Positions 1 to 8,130 of a DNA stretch of 54,081 nucleotides are shown here, in pieces (position 1 is the stretch's first letter; every line of letters starts with the position of its first letter). The notes under the pieces are model-generated. The model ran no database searches, had not been told where the DNA came from, and saw only the letters and a list, made by a program, of their open reading frames with translations. Made by a program: the position numbers and the translations under genes. The DNA is from an uncultured Pseudomonadota bacterium (GTDB lineage Bacteria; Myxococcota_A; Polyangia; Fen-1088), in the NCBI GenBank assembly GCA_963847705.1, contig CAWKBC010000003.1, forward strand, positions 1 to 54,081. The letters run 5' to 3'.

Positions 1-1
1 C

Positions 2-976
2 AAGGTGCGCACGGGCCTGGTGCAGGCCAACGTCGGCATCATCGAGAAGTGGGATCCGGAAGAGTTCGCGCGGCTCCTGGTGCTGCACCAGCGCGCCTCC
101 GCCGACCTGCAGCGCGCCGGCGCCGAGCTGGTGGTCTGGCCGGAGTCGTCGTACCCGTACGCGCTGCCGCGCACGTTCGCGCACGACTTCGCCGCCAACG
201 ACGGCCGGATGGTGCGGCGCGGGTTCGACACCTCGCTCATGTTCGGCGCCCTCACCCGCACGGAGAAGGCGCCGCAGAAAGGCCCCGATCGCTACCCTTA
301 CAACACGGCGATCATGATGGACGCCGCCGGTACCGCCACCGGCAGCTACGACAAGGTCTTCCTGATGATGTTCGGCGAGTACGTGCCGTTCTACGACCAG
401 ATCCCCTGGTTCACGGAGATCTTCCCCGAGGCCTCCAACTTCAGCCGCGGCACCGAGCCGGCGTCGTTCCCTCTCCACACGGCGGCGGGCGACTTCAAGC
501 TCGGCCCGCTCATCTGCTATGAGGACATCCTGCCGTCGTTCGCGCGGCGGGTGGCCAAGCTCGGGCCGAACGCGTTCGTGAACATCACCAACGACGCCTG
601 GTTCGGTCGCACCGCCGAGCCGTACCAGCACCTGGCGCTGGCCGTCTTCCGCTCCGTCGAGCACCGGCTGGAGATGGTCCGGGCGGTCAACACCGGCGTC
701 AGCGCGCACATCGACGCCGCCGGCCGCGTCCTCCAGGCGACCGAATCGGTCGATCCCGACGAGCAGCCGGTGGTGCCGCCGAAGACGCTGCTGGTCGACC
801 TGGCCATGCTCCCCGGCGGCGGGCTCTACCGGACGGTGGGCGATCTGTTCGGTTTTCTCTCGCTGCTGTCGCTGGTGGCCCTCCTGGCCTGGAGGGCCGG
901 GGGACCGGCGGGGGCGCGCGCCGCGGCCGACGTGGCACCCGCCGCTACGAGCGACGGAGAAAAAACAGATACTTGA
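2..976 (+). CDS. lnt: Apolipoprotein N-acyltransferase (5'-truncated by window edge)
   Basis: Nitrilase-fold motifs VVWPES, YDKVFLMMFGEYVP, LICYED, NITNDAWFG, RAVNTGVS; C-terminal TM helix; frame is open at window start. Confidence 0.95.
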   Translation, partial: KVRTGLVQANVGIIEKWDPEEFARLLVLHQRASADLQRAGAELVVWPESSYPYALPRTFAHDFAANDGRMVRRGFDTSLMFGALTRTEKAPQKGPDRYPYNTAIMMDAAGTATGSYDKVFLMMFGEYVPFYDQIPWFTEIFPEASNFSRGTEPASFPLHTAAGDFKLGPLICYEDILPSFARRVAKLGPNAFVNITNDAWFGRTAEPYQHLALAVFRSVEHRLEMVRAVNTGVSAHIDAAGRVLQATESVDPDEQPVVPPKTLLVDLAMLPGGGLYRTVGDLFGFLSLLSLVALLAWRAGGPAGARAAADVAPAATSDGEKTDT

Positions 977-2090
977 AGTCTTGCCGCTCGTGCTTGAAGG
1001 CCGGGAACCGCATCTCCTTCGCCACCTCCAGCGCGCAGCTGCCGGTCGGCGTTCCGGCGAACGTCGACCCGACCTGGACCGACTGGACGGTCCCGTTGCC
1101 GCCCACCACGTAGCTCAGCACCAGCGCGCCGGGGATGTGAAACTTCTGGTAGCAGTCGTAGAACCTGGGGCGAATCTTCTCCATCACGTCGTTGATGGCG
1201 GCCTTGGAGAGCTCTTCGGGGCGGCGGTCAGCGGCCAGCTCCTCGTCGGTCATCGGCTGCGGCTGCCCTGCGCGGCTGCAGGCAGGATCCTCGTGGCCAG
1301 GCGGCGGGCGATCGGCGAAGCCGGTCGACGGTGGCTTGGAAACGAGGATCTCGCCGGTGCAGCGGTTGAACACCCGCGCGCCCACCAGCTTGAGCGCGAT
1401 CCCGGGCGCCATCCCCACGGTGAAGTCCGACCCTTCGGCCTGCGGCTGGAACAGGAACTCGGCGCGCAGGAAGGGCTTCTCCATGTCGGCCCAGTGCTTG
1501 GCCGCCGCGAAATCGTCGAAGGCGACCGTGCTCTTCGAGACGGGCACGCCCGCGGCCAGCGAGGCCGCGGACTTGTCCGGCGTGGCCAGCGTGACGAACC
1601 GCGGCTCGTGGTGGCTGCCGATCGGCATCGGCTCGCTGCAGGCGATGCAGCCCGCCAGCGAGAGGTGGTAACCCTTGGCGGCCCCGTCGTAGCCGGAGAC
1701 CTCGATGGCCGCCGGATCGTTCGACTCGGCGCTGAACGTCTGCTGGGGCAGCTTCTTGCGCAGGTAGGTGGTGGTCGAGCGGCAGCGCGCGCGATCGAGC
1801 TCGCGCATGTCGCCGCCGCACGAATTGATGAACGGCGCCAGCAGCGTCCCCACGTCCTGCGTCTTCACCGCCCCGTGCGCGCGCGTCTCGAAGGAGTCGG
1901 TTGTCTCGCTTTGTCCGGCAGCCTGCGGCGTGCTCTCCGCGCGCACCGCCGCCGGCCCCAGCGTCCCCGACAGCAGCGCGAACGCCAGCAGCGGTCCTTT
2001 GTACCCGGCTCGCGTCTGCCCGGCTCGCGTCTGCCCGGCTCGCGTCTGCCTGGCTCGCGTCTGCCTGGCTCGGGGGTCCTTCTGGCGCAT
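945..2090 (-). CDS. Exported hypothetical protein with C-terminal AgmX/PglI-like (TonB-C-like) domain
   Basis: Signal-peptide-like N-terminus, paired Cys, C-terminal LSKAAINDVM...CY...VGGNGTVQSV...TPTGSCA...MRFP pattern typical of myxobacterial TonB-C-like domains. Confidence 0.65.
   Translation of the reverse strand: MRQKDPRARQTRARQTRAGQTRAGQTRAGYKGPLLAFALLSGTLGPAAVRAESTPQAAGQSETTDSFETRAHGAVKTQDVGTLLAPFINSCGGDMRELDRARCRSTTTYLRKKLPQQTFSAESNDPAAIEVSGYDGAAKGYHLSLAGCIACSEPMPIGSHHEPRFVTLATPDKSAASLAAGVPVSKSTVAFDDFAAAKHWADMEKPFLRAEFLFQPQAEGSDFTVGMAPGIALKLVGARVFNRCTGEILVSKPPSTGFADRPPPGHEDPACSRAGQPQPMTDEELAADRRPEELSKAAINDVMEKIRPRFYDCYQKFHIPGALVLSYVVGGNGTVQSVQVGSTFAGTPTGSCALEVAKEMRFPAFKHERQDFKYLFFLRRS
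2004..2072. repeat. 15-bp tandem repeat (CC[C/T]GGCTCGCGTCTG, ~4.6 copies), coding RA[R/G]QT
   Basis: Directly visible; lies in the N-terminal coding region of 945..2090. Confidence 0.9.
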
Positions 2091-2098
2091 CGGCCGGA

Positions 2099-3358
2099 CT
2101 ATAGATGACGCCGGCGCTTTTCTGCCAGCCCCTTGGCCAGATAGCCGCGGACCAGGTTCGCCACCCCCGGATCGTCGGGGATACTTCGATCGAGCGGGAT
2201 GATGCGGTTCTCGAACCAGCTCCCGGTGATCTGTGCGGGCAGCCGGGCCAGAAGCGCCGTTTCGCGGGCGATGGCCGCCCCGAGATCTCGCCGCCGCTGC
2301 TGGTAGTAGGCCTCCGCGGTCGCTGGATCGAGCTCCCCGAGTGAGTGGTCGTCGTCGTGGAGCTGGCGCCGATGGTCGGCCAGGATCGACGCGATCTCCG
2401 GCCGCTCTTCGCGGTCGACGAAGGTCAGGGCGCCGCCCACCAGGTGAAGATCCAGGCGACCCAGGTTCTTCCCTTCGGATTGCGCCTCCAGAAGCCGGGC
2501 GCCGCCGCTCGACTCGGGCGACTCGAGGTTCAGCGCGCTGTGGCCGAGGACGGCCCAGTCGACCCCGGTGAGGGTGGCGACCAGCCGCCGGTTCTCCGCG
2601 GGCAGCCCGACGTGGACCAGCGCCACCACGATCTGCGCGCCGCGGGCGCGCAACGCCGCGGCCGACTCGCGCGCGGCGTCGGCCGGATCGCGCACCACGA
2701 TGCCGTCGGCGCGCCAGCGGTTGGCGTCGGCGGCCGTCGGCGGCGCGGAGACGCCGAAAAAGCCAATGCGGGTCCCGGCGGCGTCGAGCAAGCGATCGGC
2801 GGCGAACAGACGCTGGCCGTCCCGGCCATAGAGGTTGGCCGAGACGACGGGGATCTTGAACGCGGCGGTCACCTTCTTCAGCAGCGGGACGCCGATGGCG
2901 AGATCGTCTTCGCCGGGCGTGAAGGCGTCGATCCCGCCGCTGGCGATTCCGGCCGCCAGCAGGTTGGCCTGCCGCTCGGTCTCGGCCGCGGTCGCCTCGC
3001 GCCGGAACAGGTCTCCGGCGTCGACCACCAGCGTCGCGTCGGCCTCCGCGCGTGCCCGCGACGTCACGGTGGCGCGCCGCGCGAGACCCCCGAGCGGTTG
3101 AACCGCACAGTTGCAGGGGGCGTACCTCCCCTGGATGTTCGACGAATAGAGGAGGGCGATCTGCCGGCCGCGCGGCGCCGCGGGCAGCGCAGCATCAGCG
3201 GGCGAAGGCGCCGACAGAGCCGGCCCAGCCGTCGCTGACACCGCCTGCTCCTTGCGGCATCCAATTGCTGCGACGACCAGCGCGGCCGACACGAGGCGCG
3301 CCCGAGATATCGATGCTAGACCCACAAAACCACTTCGCAGAGACGATATTATCCTCAT
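2099..3358 (-). CDS. UshA/5'-nucleotidase-like metallophosphoesterase-fold lipoprotein (CxC-motif family)
   Basis: LLYSSNIQGRYAPCNC..PLGGLARR, VVDAGDLF, TPGEDD, VSANL, VLGHS, GKNLGRLDL motifs; lipobox-like AAIGC; start uncertain. Confidence 0.75.
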   Translation of the reverse strand: MRIISSLRSGFVGLASISRARLVSAALVVAAIGCRKEQAVSATAGPALSAPSPADAALPAAPRGRQIALLYSSNIQGRYAPCNCAVQPLGGLARRATVTSRARAEADATLVVDAGDLFRREATAAETERQANLLAAGIASGGIDAFTPGEDDLAIGVPLLKKVTAAFKIPVVSANLYGRDGQRLFAADRLLDAAGTRIGFFGVSAPPTAADANRWRADGIVVRDPADAARESAAALRARGAQIVVALVHVGLPAENRRLVATLTGVDWAVLGHSALNLESPESSGGARLLEAQSEGKNLGRLDLHLVGGALTFVDREERPEIASILADHRRQLHDDDHSLGELDPATAEAYYQQRRRDLGAAIARETALLARLPAQITGSWFENRIIPLDRSIPDDPGVANLVRGYLAKGLAEKRRRHL

Positions 3359-3384
3359 CCCGGCCCTCTCGCCGGAGACGATCC

Positions 3385-4488
3385 ATGTCAGCCAAGCACG
3401 AGCAAAACCAGCGCAACCAAGGCCAGCGCAACCAAGGCCAGCGCAACCAAGACCAGCGCGATCAAGACGACCAGGCCCGGACGGAGACGGACCTTCCTGA
3501 CGAGGAAGGGACGCTCGACGACGCCGTCGAGGCAGGGCCGGCCGAGCCTTCCGACGTTGCCGACGGCCTCGACGTGGACGAGGTGGTTCCGCCGGCCTCT
3601 GCCGGCGCGCTGGCGCCGCTGCGCGATCCGGTGGGGCGCTTCCTGGCCGAGGCGCGCCGCTTTCCGCGTCTCAGCGACGAGGAGGAGCGGAAGCTCGGCA
3701 AGGCGGTTCGCGAAGAGGGGGACATGAACGCCGCCCGCCGGCTGGTCGTCCACAACCTGCGGCTGGTCATCTCGATCGCCTACCAGTACCGCCGCGCCTG
3801 GGCGAGCATCCTCGACCTGTTCCAGGAGGGGAGCGTCGGGCTCATGGAGGCGGTCAAGCGCTGGGAGCCGTCGCTGGGGCCGCGCTTCGGGACCTACGCG
3901 GCCTACTGGATCCGCGCCTACGTCCTGAAGTTCCTGATGACGAACTCCCGCCTCATCCATGTCGGCAACACGCGCGCGGGGCGAAAGCTGTTTTTTCGGC
4001 TGGAGAAGGAGCGGCAGAAGCTGCTGGCGGCGGGCTTCGAGCCGACGCCCAAGCTCCTGGCCGCCAAGCTCGACGTCGACGAGCGGGATCTCGATGAGGT
4101 GCGACAACACCTCGAGTCGCGCGAGGTCTCGATCGATCCAGGCGGCACCAAGGACGGCGGCGAAGAGACGTTCGCGCTGGCCGAGCGCATCGCTTCCGGG
4201 GGGCGGTCGCCGGAGTCGGAGGCGGCCCACGCCGAGCTGGCGGACGCCGTGCGCGACTTCGTGGGCGGGTTCCGCGACGGGCTCAAGGACGATCGAGAGC
4301 GCGCGGTCTGGCACGAGCACCTGGCCACCGAGGAGCCGGTTCCGCTCGGCGAGCTCGGCTCTCGGTTTGGGGTCTCCAAGCAGCGGATGGGGCAGATCGC
4401 CGACCAGCTGAAGAAGCGGTTCCGCAGCGAGATCGTCGACAAGCTCGGGCCCGGCGTCCGCACCGACTGGCTCCGCGCGGACGACTGA
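3385..4488 (+). CDS. rpoH: RNA polymerase sigma factor, RpoH (sigma-32) family
   Basis: Region 2 LVVHNLRLV..IA, DLFQEGSVGL, RFGTYAAYWIRA; RpoH-box-like RKLFFRL; region 4 LGELGSRFGVSKQRMGQI; GGAG RBS before ATG 3385. Confidence 0.85.
   Translation: MSAKHEQNQRNQGQRNQGQRNQDQRDQDDQARTETDLPDEEGTLDDAVEAGPAEPSDVADGLDVDEVVPPASAGALAPLRDPVGRFLAEARRFPRLSDEEERKLGKAVREEGDMNAARRLVVHNLRLVISIAYQYRRAWASILDLFQEGSVGLMEAVKRWEPSLGPRFGTYAAYWIRAYVLKFLMTNSRLIHVGNTRAGRKLFFRLEKERQKLLAAGFEPTPKLLAAKLDVDERDLDEVRQHLESREVSIDPGGTKDGGEETFALAERIASGGRSPESEAAHAELADAVRDFVGGFRDGLKDDRERAVWHEHLATEEPVPLGELGSRFGVSKQRMGQIADQLKKRFRSEIVDKLGPGVRTDWLRADD
3406..3465. repeat. 15-bp tandem repeat x4 coding [N/G/D]QR[N/D]Q
   Basis: aaccagcgcaaccaa/ggccagcgcaaccaa x2/gaccagcgcgatcaa in the sigma factor N-terminus. 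Confidence 0.9.
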
Positions 4489-4551
4489 TTCTCGCGGGTC
4501 GCTCGCTTCTGATCTCGCGGGTCGCTGGCGTCTGATCTCGCGGGTCGCTCG
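4485..4551. repeat. ~23-bp tandem repeat x3 (CTGATCTCGCGGGTCGCT core)
   Basis: Copies at 4485, 4509 and 4532, beginning at the rpoH stop codon. Confidence 0.85.
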
Positions 4552-4559
4552 AACGTTTC

Positions 4560-4760
4560 GGTTCGCTTCGCTCGCTCGGACCTTCGGGCCGGGGGCGGGG
4601 GCTCCGCTGCGCTGGCCTTCGGACCCGACGAGGGGAGCGACTGTCCGCTCTCGATCGGAGGCGGGCTTTGCCCGCCGGAGACTTGTGTGCCGAGCAAGAT
4701 CCGGGTTCGGCTCTCGTCGCGCCGGGTGGGCCCGCGGGAGGGGCGGAGCCCCTCCCGCGC
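4560..4760. other. Highly structured intergenic element (REP/MITE-like or ncRNA)
   Basis: Stem 4626-4634/4711-4719 encloses hairpins such as 4660-4676; separate perfect 11-bp hairpin 4734-4758; lies between convergent genes. Confidence 0.5.
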
Positions 4761-4762
4761 CC

Positions 4763-6286
4763 TCAGTGCGGGCCGGCGCCAGATTGGACTTCGGACTGGA
4801 CGGCGCTGGCGGCGTCCAGGGTGTAGGGGTAGGGCGGGGTGAAGACGGCGGTGCCTTTGTTGGCGGTCTGGCCGCTGGTGCCGCTGTAGAGGTTGCCCTT
4901 CGACACGATGATGGTCGCCGAGTTCGAGTAGTCGGTGCTGTCGATCGGGTCGCTCACGCCGATGAAGGCGTTGTTCTCGTCGAGGATGTTGGCGCTGACG
5001 GCGGCGCCGATGCAGTAGTTGTCGCCGCTCGAGGTGTAGAGGTTGTTGAAGATGTGCACGTCGCCGAAGCGCACGCGCGGCTGGCGCTCGACGACGTGGT
5101 CGGCCCACCAGTCGTGGTGCCAGGTCACGCGCAGGTGCCCCGCGTCGCTGGTCTTCGAGTCGGAGCCGCCGACCAGGTTCGAGAAGTGGTGCACCTCGCC
5201 CGTGTAGCCGGAGACGCGGTTGGCCGAGTAGTGGAACTTGGTCCAGGAGACGGTCACACAGTCGGCGCCTTCGGTGATGTCGAGGTTACCGTCCGAGCCG
5301 TCGGAGACGTCGAGGTGGTCGATCCAGATGTGGTGCGCGCTGTTCTCGACGGTGATGCCGTCGGCGCCATCCTGGCAGTCGCCATCGGACGGCACGTCGG
5401 AGCAATTGAGGCCGAGGATGGTCAGGTTCTGCAGGATGTCGTTCGAGCTGCCGTCGAAGGTCAGGTTGCCGGTGATCTTCGCGCCCGACATGCCGACGAT
5501 CGTCTTGTTCGAGCCGATCTTGAACGTGCCGCTGAACGACCCGGAGACGTGAATCACCGCGGCCGAGGAGCCGCTGACCGCCGAGCTGAAGGCGCTCGCC
5601 GAGCTGACCGTCGCCGCCGAGGCGTTGCCGCCGCCGGTGGTCGTGCTGATGCCCCCCATCGAGCAGCCGCTCGCTGCCCAGCCGATGAGCGGATCCGAGG
5701 TCGTCGAGCCGCCGGTGCCCGTGGTGCCGCCGGTGGCCTTGGTGCCGCCGGTGCCCGTGGTGCCGCCCGTGGCGGGCGAGCCGCCAGTGCCGGTGGCGCC
5801 GCCGGTGGCCTTGGTGCCGCCGGTGCCCGTGGTGCCGCCCGTGGCGGGCGAGCCGCCGGTGCCGGTGGCGCCGCCGGTGGCCTTGGTACCGCCCGTTCCT
5901 GTGGTGCCGCCGGTGGCGAGGGTACCGCCCGTGCCGGTGGTGCCGCCGGTGCCCGTGGTGCCGCCCGTTCCTGTGCTGCCGCCGGTGGCGGGGGTACCGC
6001 CCGTGCCCGTGGTGCCGCCGGTGGCCTTGGCGCCGCCGGTGCCGATCACGCCGCCGGCTCCCGTGGTGCCGCCCGTCGCGACGACGCCGCCGGTGCCGAC
6101 CGCGCCGCCGGTGGCGCTGGCGCCGCCCGCGCCGCCTCCTTCGCCGGTGTCTCCGGTGCCGCCGGTCCCCTCCGTCCCGCCTTCGGGCTGGGCACACGAC
6201 GCGAAGGCGACGGTGAGCCCGAGGATCATCGAGCAGAAAACGGACCTGGAAGATGCTGTCAGCGCGGTCAAGGGACGCAGGGCCAT
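4763..6286 (-). CDS. Pectate lyase (PL1) lipoprotein with Gly/Thr-rich linker
   Basis: SNKTIVG, DGITV, IWIDH, DGNLDI, VTVSW, RQPRVRFG..HIFNN motifs; AAGGAGG RBS before ATG 6286; lipobox-like FASC. Confidence 0.92.
   Translation of the reverse strand: MALRPLTALTASSRSVFCSMILGLTVAFASCAQPEGGTEGTGGTGDTGEGGGAGGASATGGAVGTGGVVATGGTTGAGGVIGTGGAKATGGTTGTGGTPATGGSTGTGGTTGTGGTTGTGGTLATGGTTGTGGTKATGGATGTGGSPATGGTTGTGGTKATGGATGTGGSPATGGTTGTGGTKATGGTTGTGGSTTSDPLIGWAASGCSMGGISTTTGGGNASAATVSSASAFSSAVSGSSAAVIHVSGSFSGTFKIGSNKTIVGMSGAKITGNLTFDGSSNDILQNLTILGLNCSDVPSDGDCQDGADGITVENSAHHIWIDHLDVSDGSDGNLDITEGADCVTVSWTKFHYSANRVSGYTGEVHHFSNLVGGSDSKTSDAGHLRVTWHHDWWADHVVERQPRVRFGDVHIFNNLYTSSGDNYCIGAAVSANILDENNAFIGVSDPIDSTDYSNSATIIVSKGNLYSGTSGQTANKGTAVFTPPYPYTLDAASAVQSEVQSGAGPH
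5700..6130. repeat. Gly/Thr-rich coding repeats (TGGxTGTGGxxA), including near-perfect 72-bp duplications
   Basis: Directly visible tandem units in the pectate lyase linker. Confidence 0.85.
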
Positions 6287-6388
6287 CGGACGCCTCCTTG
6301 GGGGGGTTCTCAGACCAGTGTCCGCTGTCACTCGCGACAGCTCACCCGAGACGGCTCGCCCGGCGTGCGGGCCGAACCACGGGCCGCT

Positions 6389-6747
6389 CTAGTGACCGGT
6401 CTTCTGCGCGATGACGAAGCGGGCCATGTCTTCGATCTCCGCCGGTGTCAGCTTGCCGGCTGGAAGTCGGGGGCTCTCTCGCCGCCGGCGCCGACGAGCC
6501 CGTGACAGCCTGCGCAACGCTGCTCCCAGATGGCCCGCGCTTGGTCGAGCGCGGGCGGCCTGTTCCGCTCGACCTCATGCTCGACCGCCACCAGCGGCTG
6601 TCCGGTGCTCCGGACGATCGCGCGCCGCAACGGGCCCGCCAGCAGCGCCAGGCAGGGGACGATCGCGATCGCCACCGCCAGCGCACCGAGGCTCTTGGTC
6701 ACCAGCGCGAAGGACGCGCGCCGCATGCCGGTGGGACGCTCTGGCAT
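6389..6747 (-). pseudogene. Membrane-anchored class I c-type cytochrome, disrupted (frameshift or internal deletion)
   Basis: TM helix, CAGCHG heme motif, APDF; the C-terminal helix AGKLTPAEIEDMARFV lies in another frame ending at TAG 6389; the distal Met-ligand segment (MPAF-like) is missing. Confidence 0.65.
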
Positions 6748-6832
6748 CGTCGAGAAGACGAAAAGCTTGCCCGCCGGCCGCCGAAAGGGTCAAGACAGCT
6801 CAACCGCCGCCGCCGCATGCTAATTATCGGCC

Positions 6833-7084
6833 ATGCCTGAGGAAACGTATGTCGAGGAGCGTGAGTTCACGCTGCGCATCGCCGCGCGCTGCGCGTTCCC
6901 GGCCGACTACGACGGCGATGCCGACGGCTACGCCTGGTGGTCCGAGGTCGAGCCGGCGATCGCGGAGATCGTCCGGGCGGCGGTCGCGATCCTGGCGCGT
7001 CAGCCCGGCGCCCGCGTTCGCCCGGCGAATCGCGGGCGGCCCGCGACGGAGGAGGTCACCCTCCTCGTCGAGCGGGCCCCATAA
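6833..7084 (+). CDS. Small hypothetical protein (83 aa)
   Basis: Protein-like composition, GC-biased codons, fills the gap before a terminator. Confidence 0.7.
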   Translation: MPEETYVEEREFTLRIAARCAFPADYDGDADGYAWWSEVEPAIAEIVRAAVAILARQPGARVRPANRGRPATEEVTLLVERAP

Positions 7085-7114
7085 AAAAACGGCCGGGTCA
7101 TCTACCCGGCCGTT
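7083..7114 (-). terminator. Rho-independent terminator of csp
   Basis: AACGGCCGGGT/ACCCGGCCGTT stem followed by a T-run on the minus strand. Confidence 0.85.
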
Positions 7115-7132
7115 CACGTCGATCGAAAGTTC

Positions 7133-7336
7133 TTACGCTGACTTGCGAACGTTCGCAGCCTGCAGGCCTTTCGGACCCTCCGTGATGTCGAATTCGACCT
7201 CCTGGCCCTCACTCAACGAGCGGAAGCCCTCCGACATGATCGCTGTGTGATGGACGAAAACATCCGGTCCGTCCTCACGGGCGATGAACCCGTACCCCTT
7301 CGCATCGTTGAACCATTTCACCTTGCCGGTTGCCAT
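7133..7336 (-). CDS. cspA: Cold-shock protein
   Basis: [18 protein letters not shown]...DVFVHH...[10 protein letters not shown]; GGAGG RBS. Confidence 0.97.
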   Translation of the reverse strand: MATGKVKWFNDAKGYGFIAREDGPDVFVHHTAIMSEGFRSLSEGQEVEFDITEGPKGLQAANVRKSA

Positions 7337-7403
7337 TTACTACCCTCCTACGAACGTTGACTTGTCCCTCTTTCCCCGGCTCTGCCGTGGAAATTGGGGC
7401 CTG

Positions 7404-7431
7404 AGAGTACGAGTGTTACAAATAGTGTCAA
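7404..7431 (-). promoter_or_regulatory. Sigma70-type promoter of csp
   Basis: TTGACA-N16-TACTCT about 70 nt upstream of the csp ATG. Confidence 0.65.
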
Positions 7432-8120
7432 GTCCGATACGGCGGCCTGACAGAAGATGTTGCGAGGGCTCTACAGAGGGTCCGGACGGCGTCCGCCGGG
7501 TCGGTGGCGGCCATGACCGGGCGGATGCAGGCGACGCCCTGGGCGCCCGCGGCGAGGACCTCCGGGACGTCGCGCGCGTCGAGCCCGCCCAGCGCCAACA
7601 GAGGCAACGTGGGGAGAGAGAGGCGCGCGGCTTCCGCCAGCGCGTCAAGGCCGAGGGGCGGACCGTAGGCGCGCTTCGAGGGCGTGTCGCGGACCGGCCC
7701 AAAGACTGCGAACGCCGCCCGGGCCGGGTCACCGACCGCCGCGTGGACGTCGGCGATCCCGTGCGTCGACAGGGCGAGGGCGAGCGCCGGCGCGAGCGCG
7801 CGCGCCTCGGACGGGGCGAGCGAGGTCCCGCCCAGGTGGACGCCGTCCGCCCCGACCGCGAGCGCCACGTCGATCCGGTCGTTGATGAAGAGGCGCACGC
7901 CGGCGGCGGCGGTCGTGGCGCGCAGCGCGCGGGCCAGGGCGGTGAGCGCGCGTCCGTCGAGATCCTTCTCGCGCAGCTGCACCGCGACATCGCGGGGCGC
8001 CAGGCCGCTGCCGGCGATCCCGGTCAGCGCGGCGGCGACCACCTCCACCAGCGCCCGGCCGCCCGTGGCCTTCCGGTCGGTGATCAGATAGAGGCGCGGG
8101 ACGACGCGAACGAGGGTCAC
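7428..8120 (-). CDS. thiE: Thiamine-phosphate synthase (ThiE/TenI family)
   Basis: LYLITDR, VQLREK, INDRIDVALAVGADGVHLG, STH, TPSK, ALGG; downstream of thiG. Confidence 0.9.
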   Translation of the reverse strand: MTLVRVVPRLYLITDRKATGGRALVEVVAAALTGIAGSGLAPRDVAVQLREKDLDGRALTALARALRATTAAAGVRLFINDRIDVALAVGADGVHLGGTSLAPSEARALAPALALALSTHGIADVHAAVGDPARAAFAVFGPVRDTPSKRAYGPPLGLDALAEAARLSLPTLPLLALGGLDARDVPEVLAAGAQGVACIRPVMAATDPADAVRTLCRALATSSVRPPYRT

Positions 8121-8130
8121 TCGAACGTCG

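Noticed and set aside
3100-3120. Selenocysteine in the UshA-like CxC motif
   Set aside because: Both codons are Cys (TGC, TGT); no in-frame TGA
4485-4551. Mini-CRISPR from 23-bp repeats
   Set aside because: Repeats are directly tandem with only ~5 variable nt and no spacers
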